Assembly (NCBI GenBank): GCA_964413725.1
Contig: CAYPUH010000005.1
Location: 1 to 41,309, forward strand
DNA length: 41,309 nucleotides
Origin: an uncultured Cytophagia bacterium
Lineage (GTDB): Bacteria; Zhuqueibacterota; Zhuqueibacteria; Residuimicrobiales; Oceaniaggregativiventaceae
Direction of reading: 5' to 3'
Below are positions 1 through 9,964 of this stretch, piece after piece (the stretch's first letter is position 1; every line of letters starts with the position of its first letter). The position numbers were made by a program, and so were the translations under genes. The notes below the pieces were generated by a model that ran no database searches, was not told the DNA's origin, and saw only the letters and a list, made by a program, of their open reading frames with translations.

Positions 1-92
1 TTTTTATATATGTTAGTTATAGGGCCTGTTGAAAAGTGGAAAACCGTGTTTAAAGACCGAGCAAGGCTTTGAAATTATTAGGATAATCGCAT

Positions 93-399
93 TGTGAATA
101 AATCGGTGAATGATGTGAATTGGATGTTGATAAACCCGAGTAACCCACAGCCGTGAATAAGTGATATTTCCGATCATTGGTCTTCCACATTTGATTCACA
201 AGTTATCCCCCGGAAATCGACCTTTTCCACATCCAGTGTTAATAACCAAAATCCATCCAAAAACAACTGTTTTTTTATTGTTTATCACAAAGACGCTGTG
301 GATCGTGTTGATAAACTGTTGATAATGTATAAAAACACTCTTAATTTACATCGTTTTTTTATTAAAAACAATAGTCTGGTATCGTCGGTGTTATCAACA
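93..399. promoter_or_regulatory. oriC: oriC segment downstream of dnaA: DnaA-box-like 9-mers plus an AT-rich stretch (candidate DUE)
   Basis: Boxes versus TGTGGATAA/TTATCCACA: TGTGAATAA 93-101; TGTTGATAA 125-133, 306-314, 317-325; TTATCAACA 391-399; TTTTCCACA 223-231; TGTGGATCG 297-305. AT-rich run at about 326-378. No ORF is present and all minus-strand frames are closed at the left edge. Confidence 0.55.
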
Positions 400-404
400 C
401 ACGA

Positions 405-1757
405 TCACAACTGAGAAATCTGTATTTTATTACTGATCGATTCCACAGATTCACGGATAAAGGAATCCTGATGTTTTCCCTCATCTATTGTATTGATTGC
501 ATGGATCACGGTACTGTGATCGCGACCGCCAAAATGCAGACCGATTGTCTTTAGAGAGTTGTCCGTCAATGCTTTACACAGGTACATGCAAATTTGTCGG
601 GCCTGGGCAATCTCTTTTTTACGGGTTTTTGCGCGTAACATATCATCGGGGAAGCCAAAATAGTCTGCGGTAATTTTTTGGATCATTTCAATACTGATTG
701 CCTTGGTTTTGCTGATACACACATCTTTCAAAACCCGTTTGGTGAGTTCCAGGGAAACATCTTCTCCATTCAATGAGGAATAAGCCAAAAGGCGAATCAG
801 TGCTCCCTCTAATTCCCGTATATTGGATGTTATATGTGTTGCGATAAAATGAAAGACATCCCCCGGAAGGTCAATGCCGTTTTCTTCAGCCTTTCGTTGC
901 AGAATGGCTTGACGCGTTTCCAAATCGGGTGATTGGATATCCACGACGAGACCCCACTGAAACCGTGAAATCAAGCGTTCTTCCATTCCCTGTAATTCTT
1001 TTGGTGGTCTGTCTGAAGACAGAACGATCTGCTTTCCCTTTTGATGCAGGGTATTGAAGGTGTGAAAAAATTCTTCCTGGGTGCGTTCCTTGTTTTCGAA
1101 AAACTGTATATCATCCACCAGCAACAAATCGACATTTCGATAGAGATCGCTGAATTCGGTTGATTTGTTTTTTTGTATACTGTTGATAAAATCCATGGTG
1201 AATCGTTCACTATCAACATACAAAACGCGAACCGCCTGTGTATCGGATTTGGCAAAATTTCCGATTGCCTGGATGAGATGGGTTTTTCCCAATCCCACAC
1301 CCCCATAAATGACCAGAGGATTGAACGTGGTTTTTCCGGGTGATTTGCCAACCGCAAGAGACGCTGCTTTTGCGAATTTATTGCTCTCACCCTCGACAAA
1401 GCTCTCAAACGTATATCGGTCGCTGAGATTGTCCCGACCATTATCGGATCGATGCGAGACTTTTTTGTTGAATGAGGGCAACTGCACCGGAGAGGTGGTC
1501 GCGTCCATCAGGATGGAATACAGAAGCTTATATTCTGATCCCAACACATTGTGGATGGCCTCGTTGATAATGGCACTGTAATGCTGTTCCAGCCATTCGT
1601 AAAAAAATTGGCTTGGAACCTGAATGGTCAGTGCACCGTCCTCTACCTTAATCGGTTTAATCGGCTTGAACCAGGTGACAAAGCTGTTGCCATTTATTTT
1701 TTCTTTTACCTGCTGTAATATCTCTTCCCAGCTTTGCTGAATGTCCTCTTGTGTCAT
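405..1757 (-). CDS. dnaA: chromosomal replication initiator DnaA
   Basis: 450-aa ORF with Walker A GGVGLGKTHL, LLVDDIQFF, the sensor region and the C-terminal DNA-binding helix (HSTVIHA). Flanked by DnaA boxes. Confidence 0.97.
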   Translation of the reverse strand: MTQEDIQQSWEEILQQVKEKINGNSFVTWFKPIKPIKVEDGALTIQVPSQFFYEWLEQHYSAIINEAIHNVLGSEYKLLYSILMDATTSPVQLPSFNKKVSHRSDNGRDNLSDRYTFESFVEGESNKFAKAASLAVGKSPGKTTFNPLVIYGGVGLGKTHLIQAIGNFAKSDTQAVRVLYVDSERFTMDFINSIQKNKSTEFSDLYRNVDLLLVDDIQFFENKERTQEEFFHTFNTLHQKGKQIVLSSDRPPKELQGMEERLISRFQWGLVVDIQSPDLETRQAILQRKAEENGIDLPGDVFHFIATHITSNIRELEGALIRLLAYSSLNGEDVSLELTKRVLKDVCISKTKAISIEMIQKITADYFGFPDDMLRAKTRKKEIAQARQICMYLCKALTDNSLKTIGLHFGGRDHSTVIHAINTIDEGKHQDSFIRESVESISNKIQISQL

Positions 1758-1795
1758 ATTTGAATCCTTTTCGCTCCGGATCTATTATTCACCAG

Positions 1796-2029
1796 TTATC
1801 AACAATCAATATATTGCGTTCTTTAACAACCAAACGTCAATAATCCAGACTTGTTTGGATTGTTCACTCTAATAGACAAGTTATCCACAACCCCTTACCA
1901 GCAAAGACAATATCTAAGGTGAGTAAATACAAGAAAGAAAAAAACAAGGGAACGATGGTTATCCACAACCCTTAATGTGGATAACTGTTTGTTTGTGGAT
2001 GGGAAAAATCCTCTCTAAAGTTATCCACA
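1796..2029. promoter_or_regulatory. oriC: oriC segment upstream of dnaA: cluster of perfect DnaA boxes
   Basis: Perfect TTATCCACA at 1881-1889, 1959-1967 and 2021-2029. Perfect TGTGGATAA at 1976-1984. TTATCAACA at 1796-1804 and TGTGGATGG at 1994-2002. Most share the extended context AGTTATCCACAA. Confidence 0.8.
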
Positions 2030-2264
2030 AATTATTACTCTAGACATCAATCTGTATCAAGTTATAGAATAGCCGTTCGAATGTCAAGTTCAAAAAAGAG
2101 TATTTAACAGCTTGTAAAGACATCCGCTAAAGCAACCTGGCAAACTGTCTTGGCTTATAAAAATCTTGCATTTTTAGATTGAATTGGTTACTTTATCAAG
2201 TTTAAAACATTAATGCCAGAGTTGATAATAGCCTGAAATCTAAACGATATATCATGAGGTGTTT

Positions 2265-2408
2265 ATGAAGCGAACATTTCAACCCAGCCGCAGAAAACGC
2301 ATCAACAAACATGGCTTCCGTGCGCGAATGGCCACCAAAAGCGGCCGCATGGTGCTTAAACGACGCCGTGCCAAAGGACGCAAACGCCTGTCTGCAAGCG
2401 ATGCCTAG
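2265..2408 (+). CDS. rpmH: 50S ribosomal protein L34
   Basis: Not in the ORF track (47 aa). ATG at 2265 gives [47 protein letters not shown], the canonical L34 sequence. GAGGTG lies 4 nt upstream. Divergent from dnaA. Confidence 0.95.
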   Translation: MKRTFQPSRRKRINKHGFRARMATKSGRMVLKRRRAKGRKRLSASDA

Positions 2409-2743
2409 TGAAACAGTTTGATCTGCCAAAATCACAGATTCTCAAAACACGAGACGAGTTTCAAAATCTGTTTCATCATGGTACTCGGCTCAAAGGACAG
2501 ACCCTTACGCTGTTCTATCTATATGATGACGATACCACAAAAATTGGATTTGCCGTTCAAAAAGGTGATGGGAACGCTGTTAAGCGTAATAAAATTAAAA
2601 GGATAATGCGGCATCTCTGGAGAACACACCGATCATCTCTTTCTCGACCGGCACATATCGTTCTCATTGGAAAACGCGGGATGCTGAAAACACCTTTTGA
2701 CTCTATGGAAGCTGAAATGGATCGGCTGTTTAAACAGATATGA
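2408..2743 (+). CDS. rnpA: ribonuclease P protein component
   Basis: 111 aa. The GTG start shares its G with the rpmH TAG stop. Basic motif AVKRNKIKRIMRH and conserved rpmH-rnpA synteny. Confidence 0.9.
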   Translation: MKQFDLPKSQILKTRDEFQNLFHHGTRLKGQTLTLFYLYDDDTTKIGFAVQKGDGNAVKRNKIKRIMRHLWRTHRSSLSRPAHIVLIGKRGMLKTPFDSMEAEMDRLFKQI

Positions 2744-2794
2744 TGGATGTTTAAATGGCCGGTTTTTCATTTTTTTGTATGGGTTGAACCCTGA

Positions 2795-3019
2795 ATGTCC
2801 GTTCAACACGTGATTAAAACTGTCTTGATCGCTTGCGTACGGTTTTATCAGCAGGCGATATCTCCTTACCTCCCGAATTCATGCCGATATGTTCCGTCTT
2901 GTTCTACATACACTATCCAAGCATTGCAGAAATACGGCATCGTGAAGGGAGGATTAAAATCCATGTATCGCGTGCTTCGCTGTAATCCGTTTTCAAAAGG
3001 AGGTCATGATCCTGCATGA
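2795..3019 (+). CDS. yidD: membrane protein insertion efficiency factor YidD
   Basis: 74 aa with [23 protein letters not shown]...[12 protein letters not shown]. Lies between rnpA and yidC. Confidence 0.9.
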   Translation: MSVQHVIKTVLIACVRFYQQAISPYLPNSCRYVPSCSTYTIQALQKYGIVKGGLKSMYRVLRCNPFSKGGHDPA

Positions 3020-3051
3020 TCGTACTGGTCATTCATTAAACCGAGAACACT

Positions 3052-4857
3052 ATGGATTTCGATAAGAAAACAATCTTTGCCTTTTTACTGATCGGTCTGG
3101 TATTTCTGTTTGTCAATACCCCGCTTTATCAAAAGCTGTTTTTTCCAGAAGCGTATGAACAGCAGCTTCGTCAGCAACAATATGAACAGCAGACCCAGGC
3201 TGAAAACCAGGAGTTCCCGTCCCAGACAGAATCCCAACCGAAAACAAACCCGGTTACACCCGAGCCATCTTTTGTCCCACCTGAAGAAGCTGGGGCTCGG
3301 ATAACAGAACCTGAAGAGGTAAAATCCGGCCTCTCCGTTCCCTCTCTCAGAGGGAGCGAAAAGGTGATAACCGTTGAAATCGATCTCTATCGCGCGGCGC
3401 TGAGCTCACAGGGAGCGGACGTGATTGGATTTACCCTAAAACAGTATGAGGGTACGGTTCAACCGTTTGTGCAATTGATCCCTGCAGAGGCAAAAGGAGC
3501 GATGAGTGTTGGGTTTGTCGACAACAAGCGGGATACGGTGAGTACGAGAGATTGGTTCTTCGATACCTCTGCGAACGACGGAGATATCCTTGTGATAAGG
3601 GATTCAACCATCACCCTCTCTTTTCGCGCCACCCTCTCATCTGGCGGACAATTGATCAAAACATATACGTTCTATCCGGACCGTTACGATTTTGATCTGT
3701 CGGTGGAGTTTATTCGTATGGGACCGGTTATCTCTGAACGGGTGTATTTTATCGAAGCCTATGACGGCTTGAATTCCACAGAAAAAGATATCAAAGACGA
3801 CATGTATTATGCCAAAGCCGCATTGTCCGCGAGTGGAGATATCAACAAGGGCTACAAACCCCAGGACGAATGGTATGAAGAAACCGGCGATATTGACTGG
3901 CTTGCGATCCGAACCAAGTATTTTGCTCTTGCGATAATACCACAAAACCGCAAGGGTGTGGGCGCCCATATTCATGCCGAAGAAATGTCCCTTCCCAATC
4001 AAACGGAAACATGGAAAAAGTATCAGATACGACTCGTTATGCCGTTTGTGCGTGACATGCGTGAAACCGGCACCTTTAAAATCTATATGGGGCCGCTGGA
4101 CAACGATATCCTCAGTCAATATCAGGCCAATCTTGAAGATATGATGGATTTCGGATTCAAACTCATCCAACCTTTTAGCAAAGGCATTTTGTGGTTGTTC
4201 AAAGAACTTCACAAGGTGATTCCCAATTATGGTGTTGTCTTGATTGTTTTTGCCTTTCTGATCAAGATTGTTGTGTATCCCTTGACGCACAAGAGTTATT
4301 CATCTATGAAAAAGATGCAGGCGTTGCAGCCACAACTGGCAGAATTGAAGGAAAAATATGCCAAGGATCCACAGCGTTTGAATCAGGAGACCATGAAGCT
4401 CTACAAGGAGTCCGGGGTAAATCCCCTTGGGGGATGTCTTCCCATGCTATTGCAGTTACCCTTGCTGTGGGCTCTTTTTATCAATTTCAGAACCACCATA
4501 GAATTGAGGGGTGAGGGATTTGCACTATGGATTAACGATCTCTCGTCTCCGGACACGGTGGCCACGCTGCCGTTTAGTCTGCCGTTTTATGGCGACAGTG
4601 TCAATATCTTGCCCTTTATTATGGCCGGCACCATGGTCTTGCAGCAAAAACTGACAACCACGGATCCCAAACAAAAGATGATGATGTATTTCATGCCGGT
4701 CTTTCTTTTCTTTTTATTCAACAATTTCCCGTCCGGACTCAATTTATACTATGCTCTGTTCAACATCCTGTCCATTATCCAACAAAAATGGCTGACAGGA
4801 GACGTGAAAGTAGAGTCCCGTCCGGCAACCGGGGTCAAACGGAAGAAAAAACGATAG
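3052..4857 (+). CDS. yidC: membrane protein insertase YidC
   Basis: 601 aa with an N-terminal TM helix, a large periplasmic domain, a C-terminal 60-kDa insertase core (GGCLPMLLQLPLLWALF) and a basic tail. Confidence 0.95.
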   Translation: MDFDKKTIFAFLLIGLVFLFVNTPLYQKLFFPEAYEQQLRQQQYEQQTQAENQEFPSQTESQPKTNPVTPEPSFVPPEEAGARITEPEEVKSGLSVPSLRGSEKVITVEIDLYRAALSSQGADVIGFTLKQYEGTVQPFVQLIPAEAKGAMSVGFVDNKRDTVSTRDWFFDTSANDGDILVIRDSTITLSFRATLSSGGQLIKTYTFYPDRYDFDLSVEFIRMGPVISERVYFIEAYDGLNSTEKDIKDDMYYAKAALSASGDINKGYKPQDEWYEETGDIDWLAIRTKYFALAIIPQNRKGVGAHIHAEEMSLPNQTETWKKYQIRLVMPFVRDMRETGTFKIYMGPLDNDILSQYQANLEDMMDFGFKLIQPFSKGILWLFKELHKVIPNYGVVLIVFAFLIKIVVYPLTHKSYSSMKKMQALQPQLAELKEKYAKDPQRLNQETMKLYKESGVNPLGGCLPMLLQLPLLWALFINFRTTIELRGEGFALWINDLSSPDTVATLPFSLPFYGDSVNILPFIMAGTMVLQQKLTTTDPKQKMMMYFMPVFLFFLFNNFPSGLNLYYALFNILSIIQQKWLTGDVKVESRPATGVKRKKKR

Positions 4858-4878
4858 TCAGTAATGACCTGAAGAATG

Positions 4879-4917
4879 GCCCCGCTGATGCCTCTTTTCA
4901 TGCGGGGCTTTCTTTTT
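4879..4917 (+). terminator. rho-independent terminator after yidC
   Basis: Stem GCCCCGC (4879-4885) pairs with GCGGGGC (4902-4908), extended by ATG/CAT. It is followed by TTTCTTTTT (4909-4917). Confidence 0.65.
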
Positions 4918-5048
4918 AACCTGCAGCAACGTCCGGTACACTCGACCTGGCAGGCCAGGAATGAGCATCATCCGTCAAGTGTTTGTTACTCTAGGTCCAG
5001 GCCATCCGCGTTTGTTCAGATTGGATGTGAATCCGGAATCGTGACCAT

Positions 5049-6437
5049 ATGATGAAATTGTATTCTGGAACAGACACCATCGCTGCCATTGCAACGCCCC
5101 TTGGTGTGGGCGCCATTGCTGTGGTTCGCATGAGTGGTGACCGAGCATTTTCCATTGCCGATGCTTTGATCGATGGAAGCGTCGATCTGTCAACGCTCCG
5201 GTCGCAACACCTTGTCAGAGCGCGGGTACTGGGATCGGATCGGCATCCTCTCGATGATATCCTCATCGTAAAATTCAAATCTCCTCGATCCTACACCGGT
5301 GAAGATATGATCGAACTGCATTGTCATGGCGGTCTCTATCTGGTACAAGAGGTGCTCAAATCATGTCTGAATCAGGGTGCCCGCCTGGCAGAGCCGGGTG
5401 AATTTACCCGGCGCGCTTTTATCCATGGCAAAGTCGATTTGCTTCAGGCGGAATCCATTGATGACCGGATACGTGCCCGGAGTCGGAAAAGCCTCGATCT
5501 CTCTATGGAACAAGCCAGTGGTATATTGTCCACGCGGCTCGCCGATCTCCGGCACCATTTGATTCAACAATGTGGCTTGCTGGAAATAGAGCTCGATTTC
5601 GGTGAAGAGGATGTGGATTTTGCCGACCGCGACGACCTTGGGTCCGATCTGAAACGCCTGCAAACCGAAATTGATTACCTTATAAACGCATTTGAATACG
5701 GTCGTATGATACGCGAGGGCGTGCATGCGGTTTTGATCGGTCGACCCAATGTGGGAAAATCCCGTTTATTGAACCATCTGTTACAACAAGAGCGTGCCAT
5801 CGTGTCCGATATTCCGGGAACCACACGGGATTCCCTTGAGGAGAGCCTGGATCTTGATGGGTATTGTTTCAGGCTGCACGACACGGCCGGACTGCGCCAG
5901 ACCCTGGATCACATCGAATCCAAAGGTGTGGATCGAACGCGTCGGCTCATGGACCAGGCGGATCTCTGGCTGGCGATGCTGGATCAGCATCAACCTCTGC
6001 ATAAGGATGACCGACGCTTGCTCGACTCTCTGTCCGAGTCCTCTGCGCGCAGCATCGTGATACTCAACAAAAGCGATCTCGATCCTGTTCATGATGCCAA
6101 AGAACTGACGCAAACCCTCTCCCCCTTACCGGTCGTCACCATCTCAGCCAAGACGGGAGACGGGATGGATGCGCTGAAACAGGCGATGATCAATGTTATT
6201 TCATCCCTTGAGCCTCGGCAGTCCGGCATCATCACCAAGATGAGACATTATCAGGCCTTGTCCACTGCCCGGAACCACATACAACATGCAGATGCCAGCC
6301 TGAGGGACAACCTTTCTGCCGAATTTATCGCCCTCGATCTGCGTGCCGCTCTGGATGCTGTCGGAGAAGTGACCGGGGATGTGAGTTCTGATGATATTTT
6401 GAATATGGTATTCTCGAATTTTTGTATTGGAAAATAA
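5049..6437 (+). CDS. mnmE: tRNA modification GTPase MnmE
   Basis: 462 aa with [22 protein letters not shown]-domain GRPNVGKS and DTAG, and C-terminal FCIGK. Confidence 0.95.
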   Translation: MMKLYSGTDTIAAIATPLGVGAIAVVRMSGDRAFSIADALIDGSVDLSTLRSQHLVRARVLGSDRHPLDDILIVKFKSPRSYTGEDMIELHCHGGLYLVQEVLKSCLNQGARLAEPGEFTRRAFIHGKVDLLQAESIDDRIRARSRKSLDLSMEQASGILSTRLADLRHHLIQQCGLLEIELDFGEEDVDFADRDDLGSDLKRLQTEIDYLINAFEYGRMIREGVHAVLIGRPNVGKSRLLNHLLQQERAIVSDIPGTTRDSLEESLDLDGYCFRLHDTAGLRQTLDHIESKGVDRTRRLMDQADLWLAMLDQHQPLHKDDRRLLDSLSESSARSIVILNKSDLDPVHDAKELTQTLSPLPVVTISAKTGDGMDALKQAMINVISSLEPRQSGIITKMRHYQALSTARNHIQHADASLRDNLSAEFIALDLRAALDAVGEVTGDVSSDDILNMVFSNFCIGK

Positions 6438-6453
6438 TGTTTCACGTGGAACA
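6438..6453. promoter_or_regulatory. parS: parS centromere-like site
   Basis: TGTTTCACGTGGAACA matches TGTTNCACGTGAAACA at 15 of 16 positions. It sits in the 19-nt gap between the mnmE stop and the mnmG ATG at 6457. Confidence 0.85.
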
Positions 6454-6456
6454 CAC

Positions 6457-8331
6457 ATGCAAGACTATGATGTCATCGTAATCGGTGCCGGCCATGCAGG
6501 CTGCGAAGCCGCACTGGCCTCCGCCCGGATGGGGGCCCGAACCCTGTTGACCACCCTCAACCTGTTTACTGTCGCACAAATGTCATGCAATCCGGCTATC
6601 GGTGGGTTGGCAAAGGGGCACCTGGTGAAGGAAATTGATGCGTTGGGAGGCGAGATGGGTGTGGTCGCTGACCGATCGGGCATTCAGTTTCGTATGCTCA
6701 ACACGTCCAAAGGGCCCTCGGTATGGTCTCCGCGATCCCAGAACGACCGCATGCTTTATTCCGCCTTGATGAAAGAGAGTCTTGAACAACAGAACAATCT
6801 GGATTTGCGTCAACACAATGTGGTTGATCTGTTGGTTTCCGATCGCCGGCTGCACGGCGTGATCACCGAAATAGGCACCCAAATCACCGCCGGCGCCGTG
6901 ATTCTGTGTGCTGGGACCTTTCTCAATGGTTTGATGCACGTGGGGCTTTGCACCATTTCCGGTGGTCGTGCGGGAGAGCTCGCGGCTGTGGGTTTGACTC
7001 AGCGGCTCGCCGAACTGTCCGTCGAAACCGGTCGGCTGAAAACGGGTACCCCTCCCCGGATAGACGGTCGATCCATTGATTTTTCCGTGACGCAAATTCA
7101 AGAGGGGGATCCCGAGCCTACCCCGTTTTCACATCGACACGATCGACTCGATATCGAGCAGGTGCCCTGCTATTTGACCCACACAACGGAAACCACCCAT
7201 GAGATCCTCCGGCAAGGACTCGATCGATCTCCTCTGTATACCGGAGTCATCAAAGGAGTGGGCCCCAGGTACTGCCCTTCCATCGAAGACAAAATTCATC
7301 GGTTTTCGGATAAACCGTCGCACCAGATTTTTCTCGAACCCGAGGGAGCACACACCTACGAATATTATATCAATGGATTTGCCACCAGTCTGCCCGAAGA
7401 CATTCAACACAGGGCTCTGCGCTCCATCCCGGGGCTGGAATCCGTACACATCACCCGCCTCGGGTATGCCATCGAGTATGACTATTTTCCACCCATTCAA
7501 CTCAAGCAAACCCTTGAGAGCAAAAAAGTCGATGGGCTCTATTTTGCGGGACAAATTAACGGGACCTCCGGATATGAAGAGGCTGCCGCTCAGGGCTTGA
7601 TGGCCGGTATCAACGCGGTGTTGGCCCTCCGGTCAGAACCGCCGTTTATCCTGGATCGCGCCGAGGCCTATATAGGTGTTCTTATCGATGATGTGGTGAC
7701 CAAGCCGTTGCACGAACCCTATCGGATGTTCACCTCCCACGCCGAGTACCGGCTTTTGTTGCGTCAGGACAATGCAGATCTTCGGCTCATGCCGCACGGC
7801 TACAGACTGGGGTTGGTTTCAGAAGCGACCTATCGGGATATGGAGAAACGTCGGCATGCCCAGGAGCACATTCTCGGCGAGCTCAAGGCCTGGCGTCCCG
7901 GCCTCGATGTGATCAATCCACTTCTGGAGCAAGCCGGAACCACGCCGGTGCCGGAGCGGGAATCGATGGCCAATCTGTTAAAGCGCCCCCAGGTACACCT
8001 GTCCGGGTTGCGTTCACTGGGTACCCTGCCCGTGTTGACACAGCCGGAAGATCCCTTTTGGCAACAGGTCGCGCGTCAGGTGGAGATTGAAATCAAATAC
8101 GAGGGCTTTTTAAACCGACAACGTCAGCAGGTGGAGCGGATACAGGAGATGGAACACACACCGATTCCCGATACGATTGATTATCAGAATATACCCAGTC
8201 TCAGCCATGAAGGACGAGAAAAACTCGAACAGATCCGTCCCGGCACCATCGGTCAGGCCAACCGTATTTTGGGCGTCTCGCAATCCGATGTGGCGATGTT
8301 GGTTGGCTGGTTAAAACGACGCCGGCGCTGA
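6457..8331 (+). CDS. mnmG: tRNA uridine 5-carboxymethylaminomethyl modification enzyme MnmG (GidA)
   Basis: The N-terminus [19 protein letters not shown] is the canonical FAD fold. The ORF-track start at 6427 would translate the parS site, so ATG 6457 is preferred. Confidence 0.95.
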   Translation: MQDYDVIVIGAGHAGCEAALASARMGARTLLTTLNLFTVAQMSCNPAIGGLAKGHLVKEIDALGGEMGVVADRSGIQFRMLNTSKGPSVWSPRSQNDRMLYSALMKESLEQQNNLDLRQHNVVDLLVSDRRLHGVITEIGTQITAGAVILCAGTFLNGLMHVGLCTISGGRAGELAAVGLTQRLAELSVETGRLKTGTPPRIDGRSIDFSVTQIQEGDPEPTPFSHRHDRLDIEQVPCYLTHTTETTHEILRQGLDRSPLYTGVIKGVGPRYCPSIEDKIHRFSDKPSHQIFLEPEGAHTYEYYINGFATSLPEDIQHRALRSIPGLESVHITRLGYAIEYDYFPPIQLKQTLESKKVDGLYFAGQINGTSGYEEAAAQGLMAGINAVLALRSEPPFILDRAEAYIGVLIDDVVTKPLHEPYRMFTSHAEYRLLLRQDNADLRLMPHGYRLGLVSEATYRDMEKRRHAQEHILGELKAWRPGLDVINPLLEQAGTTPVPERESMANLLKRPQVHLSGLRSLGTLPVLTQPEDPFWQQVARQVEIEIKYEGFLNRQRQQVERIQEMEHTPIPDTIDYQNIPSLSHEGREKLEQIRPGTIGQANRILGVSQSDVAMLVGWLKRRRR

Positions 8332-8345
8332 GATCCGCGCGGGCG

Positions 8346-8361
8346 TGTTCCACGTGAAACA
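8346..8361. promoter_or_regulatory. parS: parS centromere-like site
   Basis: TGTTCCACGTGAAACA matches the consensus parS at 16 of 16 positions. Confidence 0.9.
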
Positions 8362-8383
8362 CCGTGCAGAGAGAGAAGGGTTG

Positions 8384-8399
8384 TGTTCCACGTGGAACA
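8384..8399. promoter_or_regulatory. parS: parS centromere-like site
   Basis: TGTTCCACGTGGAACA is a perfect 16-bp palindrome with one mismatch to consensus. It lies 38 bp from the previous site. Confidence 0.85.
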
Positions 8400-8413
8400 A
8401 CTTTGGAGGAAGG

Positions 8414-9055
8414 ATGTCCGGTACAGATTGTAAAGCGGTTCAGCGGTTGGTCCTGGATGGAGCGATGTCTGTGTCGCAGGCAGAGCAGATCGGTGTGTAT
8501 GTGGATCTGATCGAACAGTGGAGTCAGCGAACCCGGCTCGTATCCCGGGGGGATGTATCGCGTTTGGTGGATCGCCATGTTCGTGAGTCTCTGTGGTTCG
8601 ATCATGTCGAGGTGGTCCGGCAGGCGTCTGTGATTCTGGATCTGGGGGCTGGGGCGGGCTTCCCGGGGGTTCCGCTTAAAATTGCCGATCCAAGCCGGTC
8701 TTTGATTTTGGTAGAGTCGAAACGGATAAAGGCGTTGTTTTTGTCCGAGGTGGTGGAGCGATTGCGCTTGAGTGGTGTGGAGGTGAAAAATGAGCGCCTA
8801 GAGCATCTTCGGTTCAAATCGGGGGAGGTTGACGTGGTGGTTGCCCGAGCTGTGAGTCAACTGTCCATGTTGTGGCGGATAATCATCACCGCGTTTGAAG
8901 CGCCTCCCATCCTGGTTACCTTGAAAGGGGGAGATCTCGAGGACGAGATGAATGCGTTGAAAATCAAATATCCTGATGTTCAGGTGAAACAGTTGATTTT
9001 GGATACAAATCGATGGTTTGTGATCGTGTCAAAACCAGAAAGGAGCACGCGTTGA
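8414..9055 (+). CDS. rsmG: 16S rRNA (guanine527-N7)-methyltransferase RsmG (GidB)
   Basis: SAM motif ILDLGAGAGFPGVPLKI and synteny after mnmG. ATG 8414 is preceded by GGAGGA (8405-8410). The longer 8345 start is the parS translation MFHVKH. Confidence 0.85.
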   Translation: MSGTDCKAVQRLVLDGAMSVSQAEQIGVYVDLIEQWSQRTRLVSRGDVSRLVDRHVRESLWFDHVEVVRQASVILDLGAGAGFPGVPLKIADPSRSLILVESKRIKALFLSEVVERLRLSGVEVKNERLEHLRFKSGEVDVVVARAVSQLSMLWRIIITAFEAPPILVTLKGGDLEDEMNALKIKYPDVQVKQLILDTNRWFVIVSKPERSTR

Positions 9056-9963
9056 GCCGAGAGATTTTTAATGAGCTTAGCGGTCTGGTCACCGAGGGGC
9101 GAAATGAAGCAACGATGACCATAGACCGGGAATCGATTCGTGACAGTCTGTATATGATGAATCGGGAGGACTTTAAGGTTCCCCTCGCAGTTATGGGACA
9201 GGTACCGTATATTGAAGAGGCTGTCAATAGTGTTGTTCAGGCCTTTAAAGCGGGAGGACGGTTGTTTTACGTGGGGGCGGGAACCAGCGGTCGGCTGGGT
9301 GTGCTCGACGCCTCCGAATGCCCACCGACATTTGGAACGGATCCCGAGATGGTTCAGGGAATTGTTGCCGGGGGACGCATTGCTCTGGTGCGTGCCCAGG
9401 AAGGGGCGGAGGACAAAAAGGAGCAGGGCGGAACCGATCTGGGGGCACACAATCTAAACAAAAACGATGTGGTGTGTGGTATTGCTGCCAGCCGCCGGAC
9501 GCCCTATGTGATCGGAGCCATCGAGGCCGCCCGAACGATCGGTGCAAAAACGCTCTATGTGACCTGTACACCGCGCTCTGAAATGAACATCGATGTCGAT
9601 GTGGCCATCTGTCCGGTTGTGGGACCGGAGGCGATTATGGGTTCAACGCGGATGAAAGCCGGCACGGCCACCAAGTTGGTTTTGAATATGATTACCACCA
9701 CCGCGATGATTCAATTGGGCAAGGTTTATCAAAATATGATGGTCGATCTGCAGATGACCTCCAAAAAGCTGGAAGAGAGATCCAAACGAACCCTGATGGC
9801 CGTGATTCCAGAACTGGATTATGATGAGGCGCAGACGTTGCTGGAAAATGCCGGCGGGCATGTCAAAACCGCCATTGTCATAAAGTTGGCCGCCTGTGAC
9901 AGGGAAGAGGCCAAAAGACGCCTGGCCGAAAGCGATGGATTTGTACACCTGGCGATTCAATAA
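9052..9963 (+). CDS. murQ: N-acetylmuramic acid 6-phosphate etherase
   Basis: SIS domain GRLFYVGAGTSGRLGVLDASECPPTFG. The likely TTG start at 9052 overlaps the rsmG stop (TTGA) and has AAAGGAG at 9039-9045. The ORF-track ATG at 9013 is an alternative. Confidence 0.85.
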   Translation: MSREIFNELSGLVTEGRNEATMTIDRESIRDSLYMMNREDFKVPLAVMGQVPYIEEAVNSVVQAFKAGGRLFYVGAGTSGRLGVLDASECPPTFGTDPEMVQGIVAGGRIALVRAQEGAEDKKEQGGTDLGAHNLNKNDVVCGIAASRRTPYVIGAIEAARTIGAKTLYVTCTPRSEMNIDVDVAICPVVGPEAIMGSTRMKAGTATKLVLNMITTTAMIQLGKVYQNMMVDLQMTSKKLEERSKRTLMAVIPELDYDEAQTLLENAGGHVKTAIVIKLAACDREEAKRRLAESDGFVHLAIQ

Positions 9964-9964
9964 C

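Noticed and set aside
2202-2435. 77-aa minus-strand ORF
   Set aside because: It is antisense to rpmH, whose product is unmistakable.
3637-4290. 217-aa minus-strand ORF inside yidC. Similar antisense ORFs are 971-1441, 11078-11836, 14907-15467, 16633-17160 and 28517-29128.
   Set aside because: Each lies fully antisense to a CDS with a clear family signature. The translations are low-complexity or Arg/Ser/His-rich with no recognisable motifs. These are typical shadow ORFs.
6427-6456. Longer mnmG start ([10 protein letters not shown]...) overlapping mnmE
   Set aside because: It would translate the parS site. [15 protein letters not shown] from ATG 6457 is the canonical MnmG N-terminus.
8345-8413. 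Longer rsmG start (MFHVKHRAEREGLCSTWNNFGGR...)
   Set aside because: This stretch is the translation of two parS palindromes. ATG 8414 has a GGAGGA RBS and gives a normal-length RsmG.
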